From NCBI GenBank assembly GCA_950097015.1, contig CATNEN010000001.1:10540001-10604000 (forward strand): a stretch of 64,000 nt of DNA. The letters are read 5' to 3'. Position 1 is the stretch's first letter; the number at the start of each line of letters is the position of its first letter. This DNA comes from Macrostomum hystrix. Lineage: Eukaryota > Animalia > Platyhelminthes. This document shows positions 1 to 14,800 of the stretch, piece after piece. A program made the position numbers and the translations under genes. The notes under the pieces are model-generated. The model searched no databases. It was not told where the DNA came from and saw only the letters and a program-made list of their open reading frames with translations.

Positions 1-762
1 ATCTTCAGGGACTGAGTATTCTGCTTTCCATTGAATCTTCAGGGCCTGAGTATTCAGCTTTCTACTGAATCTTCAGGGCCTGAGTATTCTACTTTCCACC
101 GAATCTTCAGGGCCTGAGTATTCAGCTTTCCATTGAATCTTCAGGGCCTGAGTATTCAGCTTTCCATTGAATCTTCAGGGCCTGAGTATTCAGCTTTCTA
201 CTGAATCTTCAGGGCCTGAGTATTCTACTTTCCACCGAATCTTCAGGGACTGAGTATTCTGTTTTCCATTGAATCTTCAGGGCCTGAGTATTCTGCTTTC
301 CATTGAATCTTCAGGGCCTGAGTATTCAGCTTTCCATTGAATCTTCAGGGCCTGAGTATTCAGCTTTCCATTGAATCATCAGGGCCTGAGTATTCAGCTT
401 TCTACTGAATCTTCAGGGCCTGAGTATTCAGCTTTCTACTGAATCTTCAGGGCCTGAGTATTCTACTTTCCACCGAATCTTCAGGGCCTGAGTATTCAGC
501 TTTCCATTGAATCTTCAGGGCCTGAGTATTCAGCTTTCCATTGAATCATCAGGGCCTGAGTATTCAGCTTTCCATTGAATCTTCAGGGCCTGAGTATTCA
601 GCTTTCCATTGAATCATCAGGGCCTGAGTATTCAGCTTTCCATTGAATCTTCAGGGCCTGAGTATTCAGCTTTCTACTGAATCTTCAGGGCCTGAGTATT
701 CAGCTTTCTACTGAATCTTCAGGGCCTGAGAATTGTGTTTTCCATCGAATTTTCAGGGCCTG
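1..762. repeat. 34-bp minisatellite ATCTTCAGGGCCTGAGTATTCAGCTTTCCATTGA
   Basis: About 22 tandem copies; runs off the window edge. Confidence 0.95.
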
Positions 763-1218
763 GATAATAAGTCTATCCCCAAATCCCCTGAGAATTTGTT
801 CTGCCCAAGTCTTGAGGTGTTTTGATTTCGATATATTTGTCTCGTCACAGTTAGCAAATTAGTTAATCTTGATCAAGGCTTAAATAACTCGATTTAAGGG
901 GGGAGAGAAAGTTACATAGAAAAGGGATTAAGCTGCAACTGAAAACAGGATTTATTCTTGTTCAATATTACCCAAGATGGACATTAGCGATTCGAGATAA
1001 GCGTAAACATCACAGTAAATATTGCCACTGTAAAACTGATAATAAGTAGCCGATAATAAAATACCTGTCGAGAGTCTGGCTAGGAAACCAGGTAAGAATT
1101 ATACACACTTTGATAGCCCGAATGCCGTGTAAACAGGAAATAGGATAACAATATTGAAGAGAGAGGTAGAGGAAGAGAACTGACTGATCAGTTAAAAAAT
1201 AGTTGAACTGATGTGGCA

Positions 1219-1795
1219 AAGTGAGGGGTAGAGGAAGGGGCAGAGTAAGTGGTAGAGGAAGGGGCACAGTGAGGGGTAGTGGAAGGTGCACAGTGAGGGG
1301 TAGAGGAAGGGCAGAGTGAGGGGTAGAGGAAGGGCAGAGTGAGGGGTAGAGGAAGGGCAGAGTGAGGGGTAGAGGAAGGGGCGCAGTAAGGGGTAGAGGA
1401 AGGTGCGCAGTGAGGGGTAGAGGAAGGGCAGAGTGAGGGGTAGAGGAAGGGCAGAGTGAGGGGTAGAGGAAGGAGCGCAGTGAGGGGTAGAGGAAGGGGC
1501 GCAGTGAGGGGTAGAGGAAGGGGCGCAGTGAGGGGTAGAGGAAGGGGCGCAGTGAGGGGTAGAGGAAGGGGCGCAGTGAGGGGTAGAGGAAGGGGCGCAG
1601 TGAGGGGTAGAGGAAGGGGCGCAGTGAGGGGTAGAGGAAGGGGCGCAGTGAGGGGTAGAGGAAGGAGCGCAGTGAGGGGTAGAGGAAGGGGCGCAGTGAG
1701 GGGTAGAGGAAGGTGCACAGTGAGGGGTAGAGGAAGGGGCGCAGTGAGGGGTAGAGGAAGGGGCGCAGTGAGGGGTAGAGGAAGGGGCGCAGTGA
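1219..1795. repeat. 24-bp G-rich minisatellite AGTGAGGGGTAGAGGAAGGGGCGC
   Basis: Direct tandem copies. Confidence 0.95.
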
Positions 1796-2322
1796 ACCTA
1801 CCCAAATGGCTTTGGCCTACCTACATAATAATTGTGGAAACACGGCATCCGCTTCCCTCAGCAGTTCAAGTGTGAGCGCGTGTTTCTGTCCTAGGTAGTC
1901 TGCCAATACTCGCTTCAGTAGCGCCAGCTTCTCTTCTTAATCTTCTGAGCGCTAATTGAGTTTCTACCCGGCCTGCAGACTGCAGTCTCCGCCCCGAAGC
2001 CCGTGTGTCTATCCCAGTTCTCAAACCATTCTCATCTACATCCCCCCATACAGCTTATCTGCCAGCAACAGGCCTCCTTTAGTGAGATAGAATAAGGAAG
2101 TGCCAGCTTAGCAGCAGGCTAATCAGGAGTTGCAACTATGCGAGCGGAAAGGAGATGGATAAATAAGGACTGCGGATATGTTAAAGATAATTACTCTCGG
2201 AGCCTAACAAGAGGTCGGGCGTGATCAGGATCGTGAATTTTAGAGTAAAAAAACTGCCATAAAACCCTGTTGAGCATGAAGGGTTTAGAAAATAAAAATT
2301 CTATCAAAACCAACAGGAAAAC

Positions 2323-2634
2323 CAAGGACCACTAGAAGAAGGAGGGACACTTCGTTTCTTGGAAAATTAATTAAAGACGGATTTTCATGGAAAAAATGCA
2401 CTGACTAGAATCGAACTTTGAATGAAGCTTTCTAAAGTTCGGTTAAGCAACATGTTTTGCAAGACATATTAAAAGAACAGCGTTGGATCTTCTTTCATTG
2501 AAAACTCATCGATAATTTACTGTGAAAAACGTGATAAGTTCATATCTCGCTAGCGCATTTTTTCGTGAAAATCAGCCTTCAATACATTTTCCAAGAAACG
2601 AAGTATCCCTTCCTTCTTCTTCTAGTGGTCCTTG
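2323..2634. mobile_element. MITE with long imperfect terminal inverted repeats
   Basis: CAAGGACCACTAGAAGAAGGAGGGACACTTCGTTTCTTGGAAAAT... is mirrored by ...ATTTTCCAAGAAACGAAGTATCCCTTCCTTCTTCTTCTAGTGGTCCTTG; pairing extends roughly 90 bp; no clear TSD. Confidence 0.75.
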
Positions 2635-3749
2635 CTTAAAACATCTACGAGAAAGCGAGAAAATAAAAGCTTATGGATTTTATAAACTAACGAATTTTTT
2701 AATTAACAAAGTTTCACCTAAGTGATGAAATAAATTCACTTTTTGGACATTGTATGAAAAGTAATAAAAAAGATAGACTTTTAGACACACATTATTCAAA
2801 TTTCTCGACCTGACAAAAATAAAAAAAGATCTAGAAAATGTAAAATGGGAAATATTTGACATGGAGTAATAATTAAATTATTAATAAAACGAATAATTAA
2901 TTACTTCAGGTAAAAATAAATTAGTCATAACTCGTTAAATTAACTTGATAATATCTGAATTACGTTTCGACCCGAGAAAATTACACGATATCTGGAAAAT
3001 CTATGTTGCAAAAATCTATATACTCGTAAATAACCAAAGCTAAAAAATACTTAAACAAAAAATGTAAAAAATCCGACATTCTCGAGAAGTTCACGAAATT
3101 TAATTTAAATCTGTAAACTTTTAAAAACTAAAAAAAGCCGGAAAATTTACGAAAATTTACGGAAAGTAAGATACAAATTTTCTATTAGTTAAAACCGTAG
3201 AACAGTGAAAGCGACTGATTAAGGCAGAGATCGAAATAGAATATTGCGTGTTGAAATTTCATAGAAAGGTATTTAAAATACTTTTTTGAATATCCAGTTT
3301 TATTTGAAGTGTGATGAGAACTTAACAAAAAACTACTCTTCTGTTGGGAATTTGTTAAATCGGATAGTAGATTTTAGGCCCACCGTAGCAGATAGTGCAA
3401 AGTGCGGACAGTAAGTAGCGACTAGTTGCTGTTAGATGCAGGCAAGGGGATTAGGGTGGGGAGAGGCGACCTCGCGGCTACATCTTGATAACCTCGATAG
3501 TTATGAAGGTGGGGCTGTGGGGCAAGAGGGAGGTACTGCTAGTGATTGTAGATCTGAGATACACTCGAATTAACAAGGTTTTCGCTTCTCCTCTGAAGGA
3601 GTCGAAATATGGACAGAATCTTGAGTCTTGATCCTGAGATAGATTCCATCGATAGAGTATTTGTGCTGGAGAAATCGGATAGCCAGAGAAAAAATTAACA
3701 GAAGAGAAGGACAAGAATGAATCTGATGGAAATACATTTTACAGACAGA

Positions 3750-4592
3750 CGGGAGAGAGATGAGGAGAGAGAAGGGGAAGAGAGAAAGGAGAAGAGAGAA
3801 GGGAAAGAGAGAAAGGGGGAGAGAGAAAGGGGAGAGAGGAAGAAGAAGAGAGAAAGGGGGAGAGAGAAAGGGGAAAAGACAAAGGAGAAGAGAGAAAAGG
3901 AAAAGAGAGAAGGGAAAGAGAGAAAGGGGGAGAGAGAAAGGGGAGAGAGGAAGAAGAAGAGAGAAAGGGGGAGAGAGAAAGGGGAAAAGAGAAAGGAGAT
4001 GAGAGAAGGGAAAGAGAGAAAGGGGGAGAGAGAAAGGGGAGAGAGGAAGAAGAAGAGAGAAAGGGGGAGAGAGAAAGGGGAAAAGAGAAAGGAGAAGAGA
4101 GAAAAGGGAAAGAGAAAGGAGAAGAGAGAAAAGGGAAAGAGAGAAGGGAAAGAGAGAAGGGAAAGGGAGAAGGTGAAGAGAGAAAGGGGGAGAGAGAAAA
4201 GGGAAAAGAGAAAGGAGAAGAGAGAAAAGGGAAAGAGAGAAGGGAAAGAGAGAAGGTGAAGAGAGAAAGGGGGAGAGAGAAGGGAAATAGAGAAAGGGTG
4301 AGGGAGAAGGGGAAGAGAGAAGGGGGGAGAGAGAAGGCGAAGAGAGAAAGGGTGAGGGAGAAGGGGAAGAGAGAAGGGGGAGAGAGAAGGAGAAGAGAGA
4401 AAGGGTGAGGGAGAAGGGGAAGAGAGAAGGGGGGAGAGAGAAGGGGAAGAGAGAAAGGGTGAGGGAGAAGGGGAAGAGAGAAGGTGAAGAGAGAAAGGGT
4501 GAGAGAGAAGGGGAAGAGAGAAGGGGGGAGAGAGAAGGGGAAGAGAGAAGGCGAAGAGAGAAAGGGTGAGAGAGAAGAGAGAGAAGTGGAAG
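3750..4592. repeat. Polypurine GA-rich low-complexity tract
   Basis: Almost pure A/G with repeated blocks. Confidence 0.95.
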
Positions 4593-5129
4593 AGGCTAAA
4601 TGTTTAGAAAATGGTGTATGAGATTAGAAGTTGAATGAAAGTGAACATAAAACGCCGAAAGTACAGAGCACACGAGCAAGAGTAGACTGTCACGAGTTCC
4701 CAAGTATATAGCCTCATCCAACTCAAGAGTCTGAGCCACAGGGTCGGACAGAAGGGACCAGATACCAGATTTTGATGAGTTAGATGACTCAATTCAATCA
4801 TGACCGCTAGATGATGAAAAAAATGAAATAGAAAAACTTTTTTGAAGCCAGACAGAATGAAGCTTTGCCTTTGCAGTGGCAGTGTGGTCTGATGCTACAG
4901 ATAGGCTAATCTATTTAATTAAGCGAAATTCAATCATGTTCAAATGATTAAATATGCTAAATTAGAATTTGATAAGCTTGTCCTTGAATAGCTCAATTTT
5001 TGAGTGCACTTAGACGTGAGAGCAGAAGAGTGCATATTTAGACTGCAACAGCCTTAAGCCAGGATAAGAGAAGTGCAACTATTGTCTAACAGACCCAGAT
5101 ATTGTGTAATATAAAGCCAGATTAGTTGA

Positions 5130-5870
5130 TTATGTGTCAAACAGGTAGATAATGTGTCTAACAGTGTGTCTGGTGTGTCTAACAGTGTGTCTGGTGTGTC
5201 TAACAGGTAGATGATGTGTCTGAAATGTAGATAATGTGTCTAACAGTGTGTCTGGTGTGTCTAACAGTGTGTCTGGTGTGTCTAACAGGTAGATGATGTG
5301 TCTAACAGTGTGTCTGGTGTGTCTAACAGTGTGTCTGGTGTGTCTAACAGGTAGATGATGTGTCTGAAATGTAGATAATGTGTCTAACAGGTAGATAATG
5401 TGTCTAACAGGTAGATGGTGTGTCTGAAATGTAGATAATGTGTCTAACAGGTAGATGATGTGTCTAACAGGCAGATGGCGTGTCTGAAATGTAGATAATG
5501 TGTCTAACAGTGTGTCTGGTGTGTCTAACAGTGTGTCTGGTGTGTCTAACAGGTAGATGATGTGTCTAACAGGCAGATGGTGTGTCTGAAATGTAGATAA
5601 TGTGTCTAACAGTGTGTCTGGTGTGTCTAACAGTGTGTCTGGTGTGTCTAACAGTGTGTCTGGTGTGTCTAACAGGTAGATAATGCGTCTAACAGTTGTC
5701 TGGTGTGTCTATAGGGTAAATAATATAAATATAGCAGGTAAATAGTGTAATCTAACAGGTAAATAGTGTAATCTAACAGGTACTTAGTGTATCTAACAGA
5801 TAATTAGTGTATCTAACAGGTAATTAGTGTATCTAACAGGTAATTAGTGTATCTAAGCCGTGTATCTACC
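5130..5870. repeat. TGTGTCTAACAG-based minisatellite (about 20-21 bp variants)
   Basis: Tandem copies drifting to GTATCTAACAGGTAATTAGT. Confidence 0.9.
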
Positions 5871-5899
5871 AAGCTTAGATTAGACAAATAGATTCTCAC

Positions 5900-8800
5900 C
5901 CATCTGATAGTAAGTCGATAACAACCAAATCATTTTGCAGCAGTACAGCCACAGCATAAGCTTCTGATGAATCTGCAAATTCAGGTTTAGGTAGCACCCA
6001 TTGAATGAAGTAAGTGTGGCCTAACAGACAATTGAAATTAGTTTACCATTGCTGAATGGTGTCTCGCAGAGTGGCACAATGTCAACAATGCCATGCTCCA
6101 TCATGAGCACATCGATATGACGGGCTGCCTGAATGTTCAGGCACGGCTGCGGCAAGTCCTGAGGTCCGCCGCCGCTGAATAGAAGCAGCTCAGCCTTGTC
6201 CTGCTTTCTGGACAGCCAGCAGACTCGGTTGATGGGGCGATAGGCGGCCGCGGAAGCTGCGCCAGAATCTGCTTCCGCCAAATTGGCTGTTTCGAGGTGT
6301 AAATTTTTATTAATCAATAGGAGAAAATAGGAGAAATTTTTTATAAAAAAATATATGTAGATATCTATTTCTATCAAGTTTTATAACGTAATTAATCACA
6401 AGGAATTAATTTACAGTCTCTAAGGACAGTAGAATCAAGATAGCAATTTTAAATACTCAAATATAACGGGGTTTTGTTCAAGCAATTAATCAACAAATCT
6501 GTCCATCATTCAATCAGTTGATCAGTCAATCAGTTGATCAGTCAATCAGTTGATCAGTCAATCAGTTGATCAATCAATCAATCAGTTGATCAGTCAATCA
6601 GTTGATCAGTCAATCAGTTGATCAGTCAATCAGTTGATCAGTCAATCAGTTGATCAGTCAATCAGTTGATCAGTCAATCAGTTGAGCAGTCAATCAGTTG
6701 ATCAGTCAATCAGTTGATCAATCAATCAGTTGATCAGTCAATCAGTTGATCAGTCAATCAGTTGATCAATCAATCAATCAGTTGATCAGTCAATCAGTTG
6801 AGCAGTCAATCAGTTGATCAGTCAATCAGTTGATCAATCAATCAGTTGATCAGTCAATCAGTTGATCAATCAATCAGTTGATCAGTCAATCAGACCATCA
6901 ACCAACTAATAATTTCTCACCTCTCGGAAAAAACAGTTCCGCTGGTTTCTGCGGCGATTTGAGCAGCCATTTTACCAGCGAGCCGTCAACATGCGAGCAG
7001 ATGAAGGCCCGGCCCTCCCAGTGCCATGCGATCGAGCACAGGTCCTCCGTGTGACGAAATCGAACCCCGTCGTGCTTCTGCAGATCCCACAGCACGGCAA
7101 TGCCTTTACGAAATCCGATGAGAAGCCTGGACTGATCGCTGGGGCACTCGGACAGGTGCACCACTGAACCTGGGTGCTGAGAGTCCATCCTGGCCATGAG
7201 GAGGGGACAAGTAGAAACTGTATGGGAAATTTAAGAAATATGGAACCAACTCGGGGATTTGGGAAATTATAGAAATCTAAGTTCATATCAGGGGCACATA
7301 TAAAATCAACCAGGGGATCTGGGAGATGAGTATAATCTACCTGGGGATCTGGGGGATTAGTATAATCTACCTGGGGATATGGGGGATTAGTATAATCTAC
7401 CTGGGGATATGGGGGATTAGTATAATCTAACTGGGGATATGGGGGATTAGTATAATCTACCTGGGGATCTGGGGGATTAGTATAATCTACCTGGGGATCT
7501 GGGGGATTAGTATAATCTACCTGGGGATCTGGGGGATTAGTATAATCTACCTGGGGATCTGGGGGATTAGTATAATCTACCTGGGGATCTGGATAGTTTC
7601 TACATAGGATTTCAAAAACTAAATAATGATAACTTTCTGGAAACAAGCATAATCAGCATAATTACTAGACTAGCTAAAAGTACTCATCATTAAAATTGTA
7701 ATCATTAACTCATGCAAAATCCAGACCAAACACGCGAAAATCTTGGGATTAGGAAAGCCAGCATTGAAACGAAAAGTGAGCGGTGCTTGGGATCGGAAGC
7801 AAGCGCTGACAGCTTCACAATGGCGTTGACATAATTCAACAAAAGCCACGTTTCCACTATCCCTGCTGCGCGTGTTTTGCAACCCGAACAAAAAACCGCA
7901 AAACTACAGCCTCTACTGCAGAAAGGTCACATTAATCAGTCGTTTTGAAAAATCATGTTTGAAAAGTTTTCAATCTAATTAAATAACTTCATTGTTAAAT
8001 GCGTGACGCTTTGCTTTACAAAAGAAATTTTTATCTGCAGCCTTTATTAGCTTAAAACTTTGTCTGCTTAAGTTGAGTCGATACAGTATCTTGAATGATT
8101 CAGTTATCAAAAAATCTTCCGTTTATCCCAAATCTTCAGTTTATCCCAAATCTTCAGTTTATCCCAAATCTTCAGTTTATCCCAAATCTTCAGTTTATTT
8201 CAAATCTTCAGTTTATCCCAAATCTTCAGTTTATTTCAAATCTTCAGTTTATCCCAAATCTTCAGTTTATCCCAAATCTTCAGCTTATCCCAAATATTCT
8301 GTTTATTTCAAATCTTCAGTTCATCCCAAATCTTCAGTTTATCCCAAATCTTCAGTTTATCCGAAATCTTCAGTTTATCCTAAATCTTCAGTTTATCCCA
8401 AATCTTCATTTTATCCCAAATCTTCTCAATTTGTAGATTGAGAAGCTTTATCCCAAATATTCTGTTTATATCAAATCTTCAGTTTATCACAAATCTTCAG
8501 TTTATCCCAAATCTTCAGTTTATTTCAAATCTTCAGTTTATCCCAAATCTTCAGTTTATTTCAAATCTCCAGTTTTTCCCAAATCTTCAGTTTATCCCAA
8601 ATCTTCAGTTTATCCCAAATCTTCAGTTTATCCCAAATCTTCAGTTTATCCCAAATCTTCAGTTTATCCCAAATCTTCAGTTTATACCAAATCTTCAGTT
8701 TATCCCAAATCTTCAGTTTATCCAAAATCTTCAGTTTATCACAAATCTTCAGTTTATCCCAAATCTTCAGTTTATCCCAAATCTTCAGTTTATCCCAAAT

Positions 8801-11800
8801 CTTCAGTTTATCCCAAATCTTCAGTTTATCCCAAATCTTCAGTTTATCCCAAATCTTCAGTTTATCCAAAATCTTCAGTTTATCACAAATCTTCAGTTTA
8901 TCCCAAATCTTCAGTTTATCCCAAATCTTCAGTTTATCCCAAATCTTCAGTTTATCCCAAATCTTTAGTTTATCCCAAATCTTCAGTTTACCGCAAATCT
9001 TCAGTTTATCCCGGATTATATTTTATCCCAAATATTCAGAATCTTCAGAACTTTGAGTTTATTCCAAAGCATTAGTTTTCTGTGTCCACAGAGTCAATAA
9101 GCAATAAGCAACAAATGACCGTCACTCACATGCCAATGGCCTTGTTCCATCTGATATCAAAGCCGGACAGTTTAAAAGTCTCAATGTTGAGAATGTAGAC
9201 ATTGCCCTGAGTTGTTCCAATGTAGATAAACTTGGATTGAAACGGCAGGTAGGCGTGGCTGATGCTGCGAAGTTTCAGGGGATAAATGAAGGTTCTTGTT
9301 GTTCTGTTTCGTTAGAAATTTCAATAACACTTATGCAATAACACATGCTTCCGATTTATTAAGCTCTAGATTTCAGAATATTTGTTTGATTTTTATGAGA
9401 AAAAAAACTAATAAGGACAGCCAGGGAGACAGTAGAGGGAGAAAGTTGAGGGAGAGAGTAGAGGGAGAAAGTTGAGGGAGAGAGTAGAGGGAGAGAGTAG
9501 AGGGAGAGAGTAGAGGGAGAAAGTTGAGGGAGAGAGTAGAGGGAGAAAGTTGAGGGAGAGAGTAGAGGGAGACAGTAGAGGGAGAGAGTAGAGGGAGAGA
9601 GTTGAGGGAGAGAGTAGAGGGAGAGAGTAGAGGGAAAGAGTAGAGGGAGAGAGTAGAGGGAGAGAGTAGAGGGAGAGAGTAGAGGGAGAGAGTAGAGGGA
9701 AAGAGTAGAGGGAGAGAGTAGAGGGAGAGAGTAGAGGGAGAGAGTAGAGGGAGAGAGTAGAGGGAGAGAGTAGAGGGAGAAAGTTGAGGGAGAGAGTAGA
9801 GGGAGAGAGTAGAGGGAGAGAGTAGAGGGAGAAAGTTGAGGGAGAGAGTAGAGGGAGAAAGTTGAGGGAGAGAGTAGAGGGAGAGAGTAGAGGGAGAGAG
9901 TAGAGGGAGAGAGTTAAGGGAGAGAGTAGAGGGAGAGAGTAGAGGGAGAGAGTTGAGGGAGAGAGTAGAGGGAGACAGTAGAGGGAGAGAGTAGAGGGAG
10001 AGAGTTGAGGGAGAGGGTAGAGGGAGAGAGTAGAGGGAAAGAGTAGAGGGAGAGAGTAGAGGGAGAGAGTAGAGGGAGAGAGTAGAGGGAGAAAGTTGAG
10101 GGAGAGAGTAGAGGGAGAGAGTAGAGGGAGAGAGTAGAGGGAGAGAGTAGAGGGAGAGAGTAGAGGGAGAGAGTAGAGGGAGAAAGTTGAGGGAGAGAGT
10201 AGAGGGGGAGAGTAGAGGGAGAGAGTAGAGGGAGAGAGTAGAGGGAGAGAGTAGAGGGAGAGAGTAGAGGGAGAGAGTAGAGGGAGAGAGTAGAGGGAGA
10301 GAGTAGAGGGAGAGAGTAGAGGGAGAGAGTAGAGGGAGAGAGTAGAGGGAGAGAGTAGAGGGAGAGAGTAGAGGGAGAGAGTTGAGGGAGAGAGTTGAGG
10401 GAGAGAGTAGAGGGAGAGAGTTGAGGCAGGGAGTAGAGGCAGAGAGTAGAGCGAGAGAGTAGATGAATTATGGGAGGTTAGATAACAGGGAATATGAAGT
10501 TCGCCTGGGTTACACAATGCAGATACTTAAGTGCAAGTGTTAAATAATTAGAACTCCAAGAGTTCCCACGACTCAGAAAAATTATTTTGGCCTACAAAAA
10601 AGACATGAATAAATTAGGTAAACTAGCGAGTTAGGTGTAATCCATGCAAAACGGTTTTACGCTAATGAAAAAAGCATATAGGATATGAAGCATTGATTTA
10701 CAACCTGTTTCTCATTGCGCTTTTATCGCTTTACTAGAATGCTACAGTCTGCGCCTCATCCGGCCACAGCTTCCCGGGTAGACTAATTTGTCAAGTGTAC
10801 CTTGCCAGGCCATTCTCCTGATCAATTTACCTATCTTCTCTACTGATCCCCTTCCTCTACTGTCTCCCTCCAACTCTCTCCCTCTACTCTCTCACTCTAC
10901 TCTTTCACTCTACTCTTTCACTCTACTCTCTCACTCTAATCTCTCACTCTAATCTCTCACTCTAATCTCTCACTCTAATCTCTCTTTACCCTCTCCCACT
11001 ACTCTCTCAATCTTCTCTCTCTCTACTCTCCCTCTACTCTTTCCCTCTACTATCTCACTATACTCTTTCCCTCTACTCTCTCTCTCAACCCTCTCCCACT
11101 ACTCTCTCACACTACTCTCTCACTCTACTCTCTCACTCTACTCTCTCCCTCTACTCTTTCCCTCTACTCTCTCCCACTACTCTCTCACTCTACTCTTTCC
11201 CTCTACTCTCTCTCCCTCAACCCTCTCACACTACTCTCTCACTCTACTCTCTCCCTCTACTCTTTCCCTCTACTCTTTCCCTCTACTCTCTCCCACTACT
11301 CTCTCACTCTACTCTTTCCCTCTACTCTTCCCCTCTACTCTCTCACTCTACTCTCTCCCTCTACTCTCTCACTCTACTCTCTCACTCTACTCTTTCCCTC
11401 TACTCTTTCCCTCTACTCTTTCCCTCTACTCTCTCACTCTACTCTTTCCCTCTACTCTCTCTCTCAACCCTCTCCCACTACTCTCGCACTCTACTCTTTC
11501 CCTCTACTCTCTCCCACTACTCTCTCACTCTACTCTATCTACCCTCTCCCACTACTCTCTCACTCTACTCTCTCCCTCTACTCTCTCCCTCTACTCTATC
11601 TACCCTCTCCCACTACTCTCTCACTCTACTCTCTCCCTCTACTCTTTCCCTCTACTCTCTCCCTCTACTCTTTCCCTCTACTCTCTCCCTCTAATCTCTC
11701 CCTCTACTTTCTCGATCTACTCTCTCCCTCTACTCTCCCCCTCTACTTTCTCTCAAAAATAGTTCCTTTTGGCATTGACAACTTTCACTTCTCTGCAGTT

Positions 11801-14800
11801 ACTTTTTCTCTCTTTCTCCACCCGCTCTTCAAGCTAATATTCTGACGGCCATCGCAATAAGACAACTATAGCTTCAAAAGAGAACTAGATTTTTGCAACA
11901 GCTCGCAGCCATCCGGCCCATAAATGGTCATTGCTGCTGGCGCGCAGTCTTATTTTCGTCCTGAGTAAGGTGGCTTGAAGAAATTTACAGAAACACGCGA
12001 AAACCGGAAAAGAACACACGAAACAAATTAGGCAACTATCGTTGTGGGCTAAAAAAATCTTGTGCTAACACAGACACACACACGAACACTATTTATAAGA
12101 ACATTAATTAACTATTTAAAGTTGTGTTAGGTAGTACCTAGGTTCAGATATGGCCAAATATTTCTCTTTTTCTTTGTGGTTCATTAAGTTGTTGTTAAAA
12201 ACTGAAAAATATTACCTTCTTTAACTGAACAGCTAAAATAGCTGTTACGAAAGCAATTGTGGCAATGTTGGCCAGTACATACTAGACGTGTTTTTGTTTC
12301 TAAAAAAATAGCAACTAGAAACAGTAATGTTGACTTCGTTCCGGGACGTCTTTATGTCATTTTTTAAACATAAATTATACTAATTGAGCTTAACTATACT
12401 AATAATTAGAGACAGAGAGACAGAGATAAACAGAGAGAGAGACAGAGATAAATAGAGAGAGAGACAGAGATAAATAGAGAGAGACAGAGATAAATAGAGA
12501 GACAGAGATAAACAGAGAGAGATAAATAGAGAGACAGAGATAAACAGAGAGAGATAAATAGAGAGACAGAGATAAACAGAGAGAGATAAATAGAGAGACA
12601 GAGATAAACAGAGAGAGATAAATAGAGAGACAGAGATAAACAGAGAGAGATAAATAGAGAGACAGAGATAAACAGAGAGAGATAAATAGAGAGACAGAGA
12701 TAAACAGAGAGAGATAAATAGAGAGAGAGACAGAGATAAATAGAGAGAGAGACAGAGATAAATAGAGAGAGACAGAGATAAATAGAGAGAGACAGAGATA
12801 AACAGAGAGGTACAGAGATAAATAGAGAGACACACTGAGAAATAGAGAGAGAGACAGAGATAAATAGAGAGACACACTGAGAAATAGAGAGAGAGACAGA
12901 GATAAATAGAGAGACACACTGAGAAATAGAGAGAGAAACAGAGATAAATAGAGAGACACACTGAGAAATAGAGAGAGAGACAGAGATAAATAGAGAGACA
13001 CACTGAGAAATAGAGAGAGAGACAGAGATAAATAGAGAGACACACTGAGAAATAGAGAGAGAAACAGAGATAAATAGAGAGACACACTGAGAAATAGAGA
13101 GAGAGACAGAGATAAATAGAGAGACACACTGAGAAATAGAGAGAGAGACAGAGATAAATAGAGAGACACACTGAGAAAGAGAGAGAAACAGAGATAAATA
13201 GAGAGACACACTGAGAAATAGAGAGACACACTGAGAAATAGAGAGAGAGAAGACAGAGATAAATAGAGAGACACACTGAGAAATAGAGAGAGAGACAGAG
13301 ATAAATAGAGAGAGACAGAGATAAATAGAGAGAGAGACAGAGATAAATAGAGAGAGAGACAGAGATAAATAGAGAGAGACAGAGATAAATAGAGAGAGAG
13401 ACAGAGATAAATAGAGAGAGAGACAGAGATAAACAGAGAGGTACAGTGATAAATAGAGAGACACACTGAGAAATAGAGAGAGAAACAGAGATAAATAGAG
13501 AGACACACTGAGAAATAGAGAGAGAGACAGAGATAAATAGAGAGGTACAGAGATAAATAGAGAGACACACTGAGAAATAGAGAGACACACTGAGAAATAG
13601 AGAGACACACTGAGAAATAGAGAGACACACTGAGAAATAGAGAGAGAGACAGAGATAAATAGAGAGGTACAGAGATAAATAGAGAGACACACTGAGAAAT
13701 AGAGAGAGAGACAGAGATAAATAGAGAGGTACAGTGATAAATAGAGAGACACACTGAGAAATAGAGAGAGAAACAGAGATAAATAGAGAGACACACTGAG
13801 AAATAGAGAGAGAGACAGAGATAAATAGAGAGGTACAGAGATAAATAGAGAGACACACTGAGAAATAGAGAGACACACTGAGAAATAGAGAGACACACTG
13901 AGAAATAGAGAGAGACACTGAGAAATAGAGAGAGAGACAGAGATAAATAGAGAGGTACAGAGATAAATAGAGAGACACACTGAGAAATAGAGAGAGAGAC
14001 AGAGATAAATAGAGAGGTACAGAGATAAATAGAGAGACACACTGAGAAATAGAGAGACACACTGAGAAATAGAGAGAGAGAAGACAGAGATAAATAGAGA
14101 GACACACTGAGAAATAGAGAGAGAGACAGAGATAAATAGAGAGAGACAGAGATAAATAGAGAGAGAGACAGAGATAAATAGAGAGAGAGACAGAGATAAA
14201 TAGAGAGAGAGACAGAGATAAACAGAGAGGTACAGAGATAAATAGAGAGACACACTGAGAAATAGAGAGAGAAACAGAGATAAATAGAGAGACACACTGA
14301 GAAATAGAGAGAGAGACAGAGATAAATAGAGAGAGACAGAGATAAATAGAGAGGTACAGAGATAAATAGAGAGACAGAGATAAATAGAGAGAGACAGAGA
14401 TAAATAGAGAGAGACAGAGATAAATAGAGAGAGAGACAGAGATAAATAGAGAGAGAGACAGAGATAAATAGAGAGGTACAGAGATAAATAGAGAGACACA
14501 CTGATAAATAGAGAGACACACTGAGAAATAGAGAGACACACTGAGAAATAGAGAGAGAGAAGACAGAGATAAATAGAGAGACACACTGAGAAATAGAGAG
14601 AGAAACAGAGATAAATAGAGAGACACACTGAGAAATAGAGAGAGAGACAGAGATAAATAGAGAGAGACAGAGATAAATAGAGAGAGAGACAGAGATAAAT
14701 AGAGAGAGAGACAGAGATAAATAGAGAGGTACAGAGATAAATAGAGAGACACACTGAGAAATAGAGAGACACACTGAGAAATAGAGAGACACACTGAGAA

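Noticed and set aside
1010-4801. Further tomosyn exons or RG-rich/KE-rich proteins in short ORFs
   Set aside because: ORFs derive from repeats; I found no in-phase exon matching the expected next tomosyn segment.
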